Shown: positions 9,080 through 18,706, numbered from the stretch's first letter. The stretch: DNA of 64,000 bases from an uncultured Anaerolineales bacterium (GCA_964629085.1 CAZVPR010000001.1:26517-90516); one strand, 5' to 3'. Made by a program: numbers and translations. The notes: generated by a model not told the origin, from the sequence alone.

Positions 9080-10285
9080 TTAGATATTGGAGGTTGGATA
9101 TTGGAGAATTGACGCGTAAAGGGCTATTATGCGCTTTTCCATGAACGTCCAATTGTATTGAGTTTCATAGAGCTTTCTCCCATTTGTGCCTAATCGTTCA
9201 CGCAAGGCAACGTCCACGTGCATCTTCCGCAATGCCATTTCTAAATCGACTTGGTTGCCATATTCTACAACCAGCCCACATTCTTCTAGCTTTACAATTT
9301 TGTCGATGCGAGTATTTTTTGCCACGACGACTGGTTTGCCAAGCATCATCGCTTCGTAGAGTTTATTCGGACTGGCAAAACGGTGGTTTGGGATCGCTGG
9401 ATCATAGAGCGCCAGGACTATATCAGCAGAACAGGTCAAAGATATAGTTTTTTGATATGGGATGCGTCCATGCCAACGGACATTGGGCATCTTTTTTGTC
9501 ACTGCCAAGATTTGCTGCTCACCCCCCCCGAAACCAGCCAAATCAAGCTGCCAGTTGGGATGATTGTTTAATATGTTCAAGATGTCAAGAAGACCGCGCT
9601 CGATCTGCAGCAACCCCACATAAATCAGCTTCAATTGATCTGTAGTTTGGCGTGGCACCTGGTGCTCGAAGTTCTGGCTTTCATCCTGGGGTGCGTTATA
9701 AATGACCGTACAGCAGTCCGCAGACAAATCTCCAATTTGCTGCAGTCGGGCTTCGTCGGTTACGATCACCCAGTCAACTTTGTGGATGACCCACAAATCT
9801 ACCGAGCGAATTATTCTTTTGATCCAGCCTGGTGTCTGGCGCAAATGATCGGCATAGAAATCAAAAATATCATAGATCACTTTTTTGCCAAACAATACCT
9901 TACTAATCATTGCTGGCAATACGGTGTCGAAATCACAGGCATGGACAATATCAAAATCTTTCTGGTGGCGGAGCATCCAGCGCAACAAAGCCCACTGCCA
10001 GCGTAATAACGGCCAAAAATTGCCCATACCGGTACCGAATTGTGCTTTGATATGCAATCGAATAAGGGGGACTCCTGCAAAGGGTTCATCGAAGGAGATT
10101 CCCCCAATCCGATCCCACCCGACAACGCGAACCGCATACCCAGCCTGAGACAAGGTCTGAGCCATGCGTTCAACGCGTGGATCTGGCGCAATAGGATTCG
10201 AGCGGCAAATTAACACACGCGCAACAGAGGTTTCAGCCACGTATATATTTCTCAGCAACACTGGCGGAATCGCCATCGGCGACAA
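9080..10285 (-). CDS. GT-B glycosyltransferase (GT4-like)
   Basis: 401 aa. N-terminus: VLICRSNPIAPDPRVERMAQTLSQAGYAVRVVGWD. C-terminus: FASPNKLYEAMMLGKPVVVAKNT. The start is uncertain. A GTG at 10240 (VAETSVARVL...) would overlap the wzt stop by 8 nt instead of 53 nt. Confidence 0.75.
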   Translation of the reverse strand: MSPMAIPPVLLRNIYVAETSVARVLICRSNPIAPDPRVERMAQTLSQAGYAVRVVGWDRIGGISFDEPFAGVPLIRLHIKAQFGTGMGNFWPLLRWQWALLRWMLRHQKDFDIVHACDFDTVLPAMISKVLFGKKVIYDIFDFYADHLRQTPGWIKRIIRSVDLWVIHKVDWVIVTDEARLQQIGDLSADCCTVIYNAPQDESQNFEHQVPRQTTDQLKLIYVGLLQIERGLLDILNILNNHPNWQLDLAGFGGGEQQILAVTKKMPNVRWHGRIPYQKTISLTCSADIVLALYDPAIPNHRFASPNKLYEAMMLGKPVVVAKNTRIDKIVKLEECGLVVEYGNQVDLEMALRKMHVDVALRERLGTNGRKLYETQYNWTFMEKRIIALYASILQYPTSNI

Positions 10286-10991
10286 TTACGCCCCCATCGA
10301 GCCAGATAGCTCGCTGGCAATATTCCTTTATCCTGGCCATACTATGCGACACGAAAACAATAGTCGTACCCTGTTCCTGGAATGAGCGCATGCGCTGGAT
10401 GCACTTTTCCTGGAATTGAGCATCGCCTACAGACAATACTTCATCGATCAACAACACATCCAGGCGGGTACTGGTTGCCACGGCAAATCCCAAACGGGCG
10501 ATCATGCCCGTCGAATAAGTGCGCATCGGCGAATCGATAAACTCATCGATTTCAGCAAAGGCGATGATATCTTCGATCCGGCTGGTGATCTCTTTGCGAG
10601 ATAAGCCTAACAAAGCCCCATTGAAGAAAATATTTTCACGGCCGGTCAATTCGAGGTGGAATCCAGCACCCAATTCCAGCAAGGGCGCTGTTTTACCATG
10701 CACGACCACCCTTCCCTGGGTTGGTTTGAGAATGCGGGCCAACAACTTCAACAACGTACTCTTACCAGCCCCATTGCGGCCTATAATGCCAAAGATTTCC
10801 CCCGGATTGATTTCCAAACTGACATCTTTCAACGCCAAAAATTGCCGGTAGTGCAAACGCCGCTGCAGCCAGCGAATGGCGTATTCCTTGACGCCGGAAA
10901 GTTCTTCATGCGGCAAGCGAAAGGCCACCGAGACACTTTCCAGGCGTATGGCAGCCTGCAGTTGAGGGCTATAGTCGGTAGGCATACTCAT
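10233..10991 (-). CDS. wzt: Polysaccharide/teichoic-acid ABC exporter ATP-binding protein (Wzt/TagH type, short form without C-terminal carbohydrate-binding domain)
   Basis: 252 aa. Walker A is GRNGAGKST, the signature is YSTGMIARLGFA, Walker B is VLLIDEVLSVGD, followed by AQFQEKC. Confidence 0.9.
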   Translation of the reverse strand: MSMPTDYSPQLQAAIRLESVSVAFRLPHEELSGVKEYAIRWLQRRLHYRQFLALKDVSLEINPGEIFGIIGRNGAGKSTLLKLLARILKPTQGRVVVHGKTAPLLELGAGFHLELTGRENIFFNGALLGLSRKEITSRIEDIIAFAEIDEFIDSPMRTYSTGMIARLGFAVATSTRLDVLLIDEVLSVGDAQFQEKCIQRMRSFQEQGTTIVFVSHSMARIKEYCQRAIWLDGGVIVADGDSASVAEKYIRG

Positions 10992-11799
10992 CAGATTTGG
11001 CGGTGAAGATCAATCCGCCAAGCAAGAGGGAGGCTAACGAGAAAACCAGGGCGGGCAGCCAGATTCCCCATGTCGGAACAATTTGATAAAGCAAAGGAAG
11101 TCGAAAAGCCTCTACAAAATAATACATGGGATTGAATTGAAACAACCAGCGCCAGTCTTGCGGCACGATCTCCAGCGGATAGATCACCGGCGTAGCATAA
11201 AGCCAGATGGTCAACAGGACGCTATACGCGGGTGCCATATCGGCAAAATAAATGCTGATCGTCGTCAGAATCAACCCTAAACCTAATGAAAACAGCGCTA
11301 ATAGCAGAATCGTCAGCGGCCAGGTCAGCAGAGCCAGGCTCAATTTCACCTTCAAAAAAATGGCGATCAGCAACAGCGGCAATAACGAAATCCCTAAGTT
11401 AACCAACCCGGTTCCAATAGCAGTTACGGCAAAGATCGATTTCGGCACATAAATGCGTTTAATCAGATCCCCGCTCCAAAGCATATCTCCCATCGCTGCG
11501 CTGGTCGTATTGGAGAAGAAAATCCAAATCAGTTGCCCGCTCAAAACGTAAACCGGGAATTTCTCGATCTGGATGCGAAAGAGCTGCGAGAAGACCACGG
11601 TGAGCACCAGCATGGTCAACAGCGGATTCAACATCGTCCAGGCCACGCCTAGGATAGAGCGTTTGTAGCGAGTTTTAATTGACCGGCTGACAAATTGAAC
11701 CACCAATTGGCGATATGTCAGCAGCGCTAGGACCTCCTCACTGAGCGGATGCTCCCGGAGAGATGAATCATAGATGTCGGTGTGGTTGAGCGATTTCAT
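10969..11799 (-). CDS. wzm: ABC-2 type polysaccharide exporter permease (Wzm/TagG type)
   Basis: 276 aa with six hydrophobic segments. The N-terminus (LLTYRQLVVQFVSRSIKTRYKRSILGVAWTMLNPLL) is typical of ABC-2 permeases. It lies immediately upstream of wzt. Confidence 0.85.
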   Translation of the reverse strand: MKSLNHTDIYDSSLREHPLSEEVLALLTYRQLVVQFVSRSIKTRYKRSILGVAWTMLNPLLTMLVLTVVFSQLFRIQIEKFPVYVLSGQLIWIFFSNTTSAAMGDMLWSGDLIKRIYVPKSIFAVTAIGTGLVNLGISLLPLLLIAIFLKVKLSLALLTWPLTILLLALFSLGLGLILTTISIYFADMAPAYSVLLTIWLYATPVIYPLEIVPQDWRWLFQFNPMYYFVEAFRLPLLYQIVPTWGIWLPALVFSLASLLLGGLIFTAKSDEYAYRL

Positions 11800-13907
11800 G
11801 GATCGATAGGGATCAAACGATATAAAAACACGTCTTTGTGCTCATATTCTAAACGAGTATAGCGATTATAGAAATCATCAGATAACGCCGCGGACATATA
11901 CAACTTCGGCCTGTGCTGCTGCTCTGGCGGAAAAGTCAAGACGTAATCATACCCCTTTTCCGCCAGAAAGTGAGCCAACTCATCGGCAGTCGTATTGGTG
12001 TGTAAAGCCAGATAGGCCTCTTTCGAAAAATAAACCCCATAAATCTCAGAGTCGGTGTATAAGCGCAGTTCATTACCAACAGATAATACCTTAAAGCTGC
12101 CCTGCTGGTCTAAAAACTCAAAAGCACCATACACCGGTAAGATGCGCTCAACAAACTCTTCCATGCTCTCGCTGCTGCTCCAGATTCGGATGGGATAACG
12201 TTCAGGGATCTCCCACCAACGTACAGTAAACGCCAGACGTGTGGAAAACAAATAAACTAGACAAAGGATGACAAACCCGGTGGCATAGACTTTTTTCCAG
12301 GCAGATAACTTCGCAGCTATCATCTCGATGTTCGCAGCAGCCAACACGCTGAACAAAGGAAAAATTGGCATCAAATAACGCGCGCTGGCCCCAAAACTGA
12401 ACAACATCGCCAGAGCCACAGCCAACACGCCAAAAAATATCAATAGATTTCTCCGCCGATGATACATCCAGGGCAAAGACAAAAGGGGCAACCCTGCCAG
12501 CACAGCGCCGGACGATTCATGATAATAGGCATGCGATTGGGCGACTCCCCTCCAGGGAAAATGAAGAATATTGCGCAATGTGTTTTCGGTAGGTTGGAAT
12601 ATGAAAAAATTCCGATCGAAATACTTGGGACTTTGAAACAGGGAATTCAAATTCGGAAATACCGGATTGCCCGTCCAAAACCAATCGCGAATCAGCCAAG
12701 GAGCCCATAGCAAAATTACCGGAGTAAAGATGATCGAAATGTTCCTCCAGGATAGCTTTCGATAGTGGTGAAGTCTCCACAACATCAGTCCCCAAAAAGG
12801 GAGCAGCAGCCAAAAAGCCGACAATTTCGTCCCCACGGCAAGCCCGGAGAAAATCCCAAAAAGCAGCAACCACCCGCGCTCGAGATTGTGTTCCCATAGC
12901 AACCCACAGTGCAAAGCAGCTGTGAGGAAAACAGCGATATAAATATCGATATATGTGGTGGCCGACTCAATTCCGATGATCGGCAATGAATAGAGCACTA
13001 ATGCAGCGATCAACCCCATTCTACGATTTACCAGGCGCTTGCCGATGAAAAACGTCTGCACGGCCAGCACCAACCCGGCCGAAAAGTTGATCAATCCAGT
13101 TAATGGTTGGTCGCCAATAGAGAGCGCCATCACATAGAACATTTCGCCATAATGCGCAAAATAAGTCTGGAAGGATTCGGGCAGCTCAATCATTCTGCCG
13201 GCCTGGAGATAGCGCACCGGTACAGCCAGGTGATAGCTGAGCGAGTCATAGCGTACGGCTGGCGCTAACGACCACAAGAAACTCCCTAAGGCGATGATAA
13301 TCACCAAACTTATGGTCAACGAGTCGAATTTGGAATCTGGTAACCGCCGAAAATTGAAACGCCGGAAGCGCGCCCGATGACGTACCAGCCCCCAAAGCGA
13401 GATCAGGCTGAACAGAGCGGAGAAAACCCACTGGCGATACAAACCGATCACCCCCAGGAGCAGGGTCAACATCACCAGCGCTCCCCACCCCAAAACCAGG
13501 CCAATGATCAACCTTTCGACTGAAACTAAGTCGGCAGTGATCTTCAGCAAGCCGATCAGAAAGTCACCGATCATCCAACTAACCAACAAAAACCAGCCCA
13601 ACAGTAAAATACTGTGCAGCGCGCGCGCATTGTGTAAAGGGACGATGATCGCAATGGCAGCGACCAGAAGACCAAACAATAGCAGCCAGCGATACTTGCC
13701 CGTCAGAAACAGGAGCCCAACGAACGAGAAAACAGCCAGGTACGCAGCGGCTATCCAGAGATCGGCGGGATACGATACGAAGGGTGGTTTGGGCAGCCAA
13801 AAGGTGTTGAAGGCGTAGCCAGTGGCGGAAAGCAATCCAAACAATACACCCGCCATACCAATCCCTGCCATTAGGCGATTTTTCAGCACATCACGGAAAT
13901 TTGACAA
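11796..13907 (-). CDS. Large polytopic membrane protein, probable GT-C glycosyltransferase, with C-terminal soluble domain
   Basis: 703 aa with more than 12 hydrophobic segments. Loop motif: VRYDSLSYHLAVPVRY. The soluble tail is about 130 aa. There is a 4-nt overlap with wzm. An alternative start is Met13 (13871). Confidence 0.5.
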   Translation of the reverse strand: MSNFRDVLKNRLMAGIGMAGVLFGLLSATGYAFNTFWLPKPPFVSYPADLWIAAAYLAVFSFVGLLFLTGKYRWLLLFGLLVAAIAIIVPLHNARALHSILLLGWFLLVSWMIGDFLIGLLKITADLVSVERLIIGLVLGWGALVMLTLLLGVIGLYRQWVFSALFSLISLWGLVRHRARFRRFNFRRLPDSKFDSLTISLVIIIALGSFLWSLAPAVRYDSLSYHLAVPVRYLQAGRMIELPESFQTYFAHYGEMFYVMALSIGDQPLTGLINFSAGLVLAVQTFFIGKRLVNRRMGLIAALVLYSLPIIGIESATTYIDIYIAVFLTAALHCGLLWEHNLERGWLLLFGIFSGLAVGTKLSAFWLLLPFWGLMLWRLHHYRKLSWRNISIIFTPVILLWAPWLIRDWFWTGNPVFPNLNSLFQSPKYFDRNFFIFQPTENTLRNILHFPWRGVAQSHAYYHESSGAVLAGLPLLSLPWMYHRRRNLLIFFGVLAVALAMLFSFGASARYLMPIFPLFSVLAAANIEMIAAKLSAWKKVYATGFVILCLVYLFSTRLAFTVRWWEIPERYPIRIWSSSESMEEFVERILPVYGAFEFLDQQGSFKVLSVGNELRLYTDSEIYGVYFSKEAYLALHTNTTADELAHFLAEKGYDYVLTFPPEQQHRPKLYMSAALSDDFYNRYTRLEYEHKDVFLYRLIPIDP

Positions 13908-16900
13908 ATTCTTGTAATCTTTCTAGAAGAGCCGAGACGGTATTCGACCAGTCTGCTGCGGCGATGAATTCGCGAACATCCTTGTCAGTGGAAAATACCC
14001 CCTTCTGGTCAAGCGCACGATCCAATTGCTGGGCAAAATCGTCAGGTGAATCGGCCAGGAGTACACCGGGCCAGTCCTTGATCTCGTCCAGCGGAACGGC
14101 CACAACCGGCATCCCCATGGCCAGATATTCCAACACTTTCAGCGGGCGCACTGCATGGGTTAGCTGATTCAGCTTGAAAGGCAGCACGCCGACATCAAAA
14201 TGGGAAATCGTCCGGGGGATTTCTTCATAATTTACCGCTTTTAGATATTGGATATTGGGTAGTTGGATCAACCGCTCAATCTCGATTGAAACGGGGCCGA
14301 CAAGCTGGAAATGGTAATCGGGTCTCAGCTTGGCAACTTCAACGAGCAAATCCACATCAATCCAGTCAGCAATGGCACCGTGGAAACCGATTACGGGCGC
14401 AGATAGTGTTTGGGGATGTTTTTCGGATTTTTGGAAATGAGTCAGGTCGATGCCATTCGGCACCAGGATCACATCCGACCGAACAGGTTTAATTTGCCGA
14501 TGAAGCATATCTGATGAAGTCATCACCAGATCGGCTTCATTCATCAACTGATGGTGGAAATCGACCGCCCGCTGTCCTTTGGGCAAATCCTTGTCCGATG
14601 CGGCGTGGATGCTGATGTCATCCAATACATCATAGACCACCAAGGGGTCATCGAATTGATCCAAAAGCTGGTAATGGAAAGGATAATAGATAAACACCAC
14701 AGGCCGTTGAAGATTGATCTCATCCTCCGGCCCCAGAATATGCAGCAAGGGCTCTGGGCTGGCGCTGCGCTTGTCAGGGTCCTGCCAAAAGGTTTCAATG
14801 CCAGCCTTGGCAAGTTGGACAGCCAGGTGATGCGGACGCTGCTTGATGCCCTCCCAGGGGATTCCCGGTGCAGCCGTGAATAAAGCCACAGGTCTTTCGA
14901 GAATTTCACCCTTATCATCTACCGGTAGGTATCGACGCAAAACTTGCTCCCAACGAGAGCGCCAGCTTACGATGGAAAACGACTGGGCTACATCACGCCC
15001 CCGGCGTCCAAATTTCTGTCGCAGCGCTTTATCTTCGATCAACTTTTTCAATGCCCACAGCAGGGCCTCAGCAGACACATCGATCAATAAGCCATTGAAA
15101 TCTGGCAGAATTAAGTTCGGCAGACCGCCCACATTGGTAGCGATGACGGCATTGCCCGATGCCATGGCTTCCAAACAAGATAACGAAGTACCTTCGCTAT
15201 GTACTGTCGGGATGATCGTAATGTGGGCCTGCTGGTAGGCCTGGGGCATCTCTTCTGGCGGCAACCAATACCAATGGATCCGGCCAAGATAGTGCTCGCT
15301 CAAACTGAGGATATGTTCCTCTTCGCGCGGGTCAGCTTTGCCAACAAAGTGAAATTCCACCTGTGGATATGCATTCAAGATTTCTTCCACCACATCGGCA
15401 ACCAGCCAAAAACCGCGCGGCCGGTACAAACGGCGCGGATACAAAACGACGATTTTTTCATCAACGCCTGTGGGCCCAACATCAAATGCCTTGGTATCTA
15501 CAAAATTAGGGATATAGTCAAATTTATCCACCAGGGCGGCTGAGGCCGCCGCGGCCCGGAGAGTATTGATGGTATTGGTATCAACGGATACGATCCGATC
15601 CAGATACCGACCGGCGTCAAAGACTGCCTGCATGGCCGTCGGGTTGGCTTGCATTTCGGCATAATCCCAAAAAACACCATGGCTGATCCCTACTCCAGGA
15701 GCTTCGCTTGTAAATTGCGCCAGCGAGAATGGGGAATAAATGGTCAGCGCCTGGGCCTGATCGAACTTCTGCACCTCATCTGCCAGGCGCGTTGCCTCAC
15801 CCCCCACATCGATCCCCGTCACTCGCAAACCCTGATAGTAACGCACCCAATAGCCATTGCCGCACTGGTACAACTCAGGATAATACCCAAACGCCCGAAA
15901 CAGCCGCGCCAACTCCAGCATATAGCGCTCAGCCCCACCGTAATACATATTGTTGCCGTCGAAATCAAAAAAAGTATACGAAAGAATAACCACCCTGCGC
16001 TCAGCCGAGATATGTGGATGCCCCAACGACAGCGGTGGTTGAAAAGCTATCTCTTCCGTCCCCAGCACCTGAGGTGCTTCTTTTTGGAAAAAGTGACGCA
16101 GCCCTTTTAGAATTCGCTTGAATTTGGTATAGCCCCTGTACAGTACGAAACGCAACAGTGAACCAACGTTTAGCGTGCGAGGCAGACGAAGAGCCTCGAT
16201 CTGCCTCCGAAGAAACTCAATCTCCTGGATTTTCCCTACCAGCACGCCCGTATGATCGTGCTCAATCTGCCGGATCATCCCCATCTGGTCGATATCGCGC
16301 TGACGTTCATAAGCGCTCAGTTGCTCAACCAGTTCTTCGTTTTGCTGCACCTGAAGTTCTTTCAGATATGCAAGTATTGCCGCGGCTTCCTTTTCGAGCA
16401 GGCGAACTGTATCGGCGAATTGATCTGCGTTTTGCTGCTCCAATTCCCGAATTCTTTTGGTCAATTTCGATGCATTCTGCTGCTCTATGGCTTGCAATTG
16501 CGACGTCAGGCGTTGTTCATGGTCTAGCTCAATCTGGTGAATTTGTTCAGCCAGAGTCTTGGCGCTTTGGGCTTCAATCTCGCGGACACGCTCAACCAAA
16601 TCTGCCACATGCGCCTGCTGCAACCGCTCAAGCTGCGCGCTCAGGGTCGAGAGTTGGGCATTAAATTCCTGGCGCAATTGTTGCGCGTCACGCTCGTCGC
16701 CAATTTTGATCGCCAAAGCATCTGCCAAGGCTGATGAAACCAACTCAAGGTTTTGCGATGTGGATTGGGATTCTTCCTGGGAAATGCCCAGCCAGAATTT
16801 AGAAGCTGGCTGTTCCCCAACACTTCCCAGCCCGGCCAACAAATAATTGGTTTGTGTTTCGGGCAGCAGTCCTGAACGATGGACTTCGAGCAGCACCCGT

Positions 16901-17538
16901 TGCAAATCTTCCGAGAGACCATTGATGCCTGTGACGAAGCTTTCGGTCCATCCCGAGCCAATATAAGCGCTGCCCTGATATTGCATACCAGCCGCTTCGA
17001 AGACAGAACCCAGCGCCACCGCCGGGATCTCTTTACCAAAAGGCCACAAGCCCTGGCTCGATTTTTGAATCCGCCAAATCCAATACCAATAATTGGAGAA
17101 GTTGGGCACCATTACGAGCACGTACTTTCGGCTGCGACTGGCCATGCCGCGCAAGAGTTCGACCTGCTCATCAGAAGCATAGTGCTCCAAAACCCCAGCG
17201 TTGAATACCAGATCAAATTCCGGCTCGCCGGGCATGAATACGTCTTGGATTGAAAAGTTCGCTTCAACACCGGCCTGCGCAAACGACTTGCGCGCCGTAT
17301 CGATGGCCTCGGTCGAAAAATCCATCAAAGTCATTTCGAATTTGCCCCGCTGTGCCAGGGCCAGACTCTGCTCTCCCGCTCCACAGCCCGCTTCGAGGAT
17401 CCGGCCACCATCGTGAAGCAAACCGTCCACAATACCAACGAATTCATCCCGAAATTTCTGTACGTTCTCAGCTTCCGCGTCCTGATGAAGATTAGCGTAA
17501 TAGTAATCCCACTTCTTGCGTTCTTGGTCGGAATCCAT
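13891..17538 (-). CDS. Multidomain protein: SAM-dependent methyltransferase + ~135-aa 15-residue helical repeat + GT4 domain + second GT-B domain
   Basis: The track start at 17541 is a TTG. The ATG at 17538 forms a TGATG junction with the upstream small ORF. SAM motif I is ILEAGCGAGEQSLALAQRG. The helical repeat spans aa 319-452. A basic amphipathic segment follows (SLLRFVLYRGYTKFKRILKGLRHFF). The GT4 EX7E region is EGTSLSCLEAMASGNAVIATNVGGLPNLI. The second GT-B C-terminus is RPLKVLEYLAMGMPVVAVPL. The frame is uninterrupted. Confidence 0.8.
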   Translation of the reverse strand: MDSDQERKKWDYYYANLHQDAEAENVQKFRDEFVGIVDGLLHDGGRILEAGCGAGEQSLALAQRGKFEMTLMDFSTEAIDTARKSFAQAGVEANFSIQDVFMPGEPEFDLVFNAGVLEHYASDEQVELLRGMASRSRKYVLVMVPNFSNYWYWIWRIQKSSQGLWPFGKEIPAVALGSVFEAAGMQYQGSAYIGSGWTESFVTGINGLSEDLQRVLLEVHRSGLLPETQTNYLLAGLGSVGEQPASKFWLGISQEESQSTSQNLELVSSALADALAIKIGDERDAQQLRQEFNAQLSTLSAQLERLQQAHVADLVERVREIEAQSAKTLAEQIHQIELDHEQRLTSQLQAIEQQNASKLTKRIRELEQQNADQFADTVRLLEKEAAAILAYLKELQVQQNEELVEQLSAYERQRDIDQMGMIRQIEHDHTGVLVGKIQEIEFLRRQIEALRLPRTLNVGSLLRFVLYRGYTKFKRILKGLRHFFQKEAPQVLGTEEIAFQPPLSLGHPHISAERRVVILSYTFFDFDGNNMYYGGAERYMLELARLFRAFGYYPELYQCGNGYWVRYYQGLRVTGIDVGGEATRLADEVQKFDQAQALTIYSPFSLAQFTSEAPGVGISHGVFWDYAEMQANPTAMQAVFDAGRYLDRIVSVDTNTINTLRAAAASAALVDKFDYIPNFVDTKAFDVGPTGVDEKIVVLYPRRLYRPRGFWLVADVVEEILNAYPQVEFHFVGKADPREEEHILSLSEHYLGRIHWYWLPPEEMPQAYQQAHITIIPTVHSEGTSLSCLEAMASGNAVIATNVGGLPNLILPDFNGLLIDVSAEALLWALKKLIEDKALRQKFGRRGRDVAQSFSIVSWRSRWEQVLRRYLPVDDKGEILERPVALFTAAPGIPWEGIKQRPHHLAVQLAKAGIETFWQDPDKRSASPEPLLHILGPEDEINLQRPVVFIYYPFHYQLLDQFDDPLVVYDVLDDISIHAASDKDLPKGQRAVDFHHQLMNEADLVMTSSDMLHRQIKPVRSDVILVPNGIDLTHFQKSEKHPQTLSAPVIGFHGAIADWIDVDLLVEVAKLRPDYHFQLVGPVSIEIERLIQLPNIQYLKAVNYEEIPRTISHFDVGVLPFKLNQLTHAVRPLKVLEYLAMGMPVVAVPLDEIKDWPGVLLADSPDDFAQQLDRALDQKGVFSTDKDVREFIAAADWSNTVSALLERLQEFVKFP

Positions 17539-17744
17539 CAATTTATTCTAATCATTTCAGTGAAATCCGGCACCCTTCGATACGCACCGATTGCAATCAT
17601 CCATGTATTAGCATCTTGAGTAAGCCGAGGCGAAGCCAAGGCTGTATCGAAAGGTGCGGTGTTAATCAGGGTGCTCATTGCATTTTTAAACACAAAGTTC
17701 ATTGGCAATCGAACGGTACCATCCAATAATACCAATGAACTCAT
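17538..17744 (-). CDS. Hypothetical small protein (68 aa)
   Basis: The ORF fills the gap between the GT2 gene and the multidomain gene, and its stop overlaps the next ATG (TGATG). I see no obvious SD and no recognisable motif. Confidence 0.3.
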   Translation of the reverse strand: MSSLVLLDGTVRLPMNFVFKNAMSTLINTAPFDTALASPRLTQDANTWMIAIGAYRRVPDFTEMIRIN

Positions 17745-17766
17745 GTGAACTGAAGTCCAGTTTGTT

Positions 17767-18537
17767 TCAGCGCAACGTATTACGTCGGCGCCAGTTGATC
17801 AATGGCGCCAGAATGCGACGGGCAAAATAGCGTAGATAAATCCAGGAAAAATAACTACCACCATCACGGCGATGAACTTGCAGCATCTCTGGCCAACAAC
17901 GTTCGTCAGCAGCAATGGTTTTGGCATCGTCGTGCAAGCGAAAATTTGCCCAGGTGTGACCCGGAATATAGCGAATTCCTGATACCTTCGCCAATCTCAC
18001 CCACAGATCATAATCCATCGCAAAATAGAAACTGGGATCCAATGGGCCAACTTGTCGCCATAAATCTGCTCGCCAGAAGGCGGCCTGCTGAGGGATATAA
18101 ACTCCACCGCGCCGCAAGCGAGCAAAACTGGTCTGCTGGGCGTTGAATTTGCCAATCACACTATCCTCTCCATCGATGAAATTGGCATCACCATAGATCA
18201 AGCCAGCTTCGGGGTATGCTTGAAATTCGGCCACCGCCTGTGAGACAGCCTTTGGGAGATAGGTATCATCCGAGTTCAGCCAAGCCATGATATCCCCCTT
18301 GGCGCGCGCGAAGCCCTTGTTGATGGCATCCGTCTGGCCTTGATCCGGTTCAGAAACCCACCAGGACAGGCGATCGGAATACTTTTGCAAGATATCCACA
18401 CTGCCATCTCTTGAACTGCCATCGACAACAATGTACTCGATGTTCTCGTAGTCCTGATCCAACACCGATTGGATGGTAGCTTCCAGGTATTTGGCCTGGT
18501 TAAAGGAGGGGGTTACGATAGATACCAGAGGTTTCAT
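17767..18537 (-). CDS. GT2-family glycosyltransferase
   Basis: 256 aa. [42 protein letters not shown], and a DxD-type WLNSDDTY. Confidence 0.85.
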   Translation of the reverse strand: MKPLVSIVTPSFNQAKYLEATIQSVLDQDYENIEYIVVDGSSRDGSVDILQKYSDRLSWWVSEPDQGQTDAINKGFARAKGDIMAWLNSDDTYLPKAVSQAVAEFQAYPEAGLIYGDANFIDGEDSVIGKFNAQQTSFARLRRGGVYIPQQAAFWRADLWRQVGPLDPSFYFAMDYDLWVRLAKVSGIRYIPGHTWANFRLHDDAKTIAADERCWPEMLQVHRRDGGSYFSWIYLRYFARRILAPLINWRRRNTLR

Positions 18538-18596
18538 GAATTAATATGACAGGGCATTGGGTAGATGTGTGGTTACAGATTATTTGATGATAATTT

Positions 18597-18706
18597 ACCG
18601 CAAAGACGCGAAGGGCACAAAGCAAAGGAAATTCAGGGATAAATATTTCGATATTAGGAAGAGAGACTCTTTGCGGTGTATTGTGGTCTACTTAGCGATC
18701 TTCGCG
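18597..18706. repeat. Long-range inverted repeat / multi-stem element (CGAAG/CAAAG-word type)
   Basis: accgcaaagacgcgaag (18597-18613) matches the reverse complement of cttcgcgtcttcgcggt (18690-18706) at 16 of 17 positions. The 76-nt interior contains a small palindrome (aatat-ttcg-atatt) and further caaag/ctttg words. Confidence 0.7.

Noticed and set aside
13891-17541. The 1215-aa multidomain ORF as an assembly chimera or a fusion created by a missed stop or frameshift
   Set aside because: The frame is continuous and the domain junctions fall in ordinary linker-like sequence. Flanking genes are translationally coupled at both ends. I cannot exclude a sequencing error without reads, so this is listed as a check.
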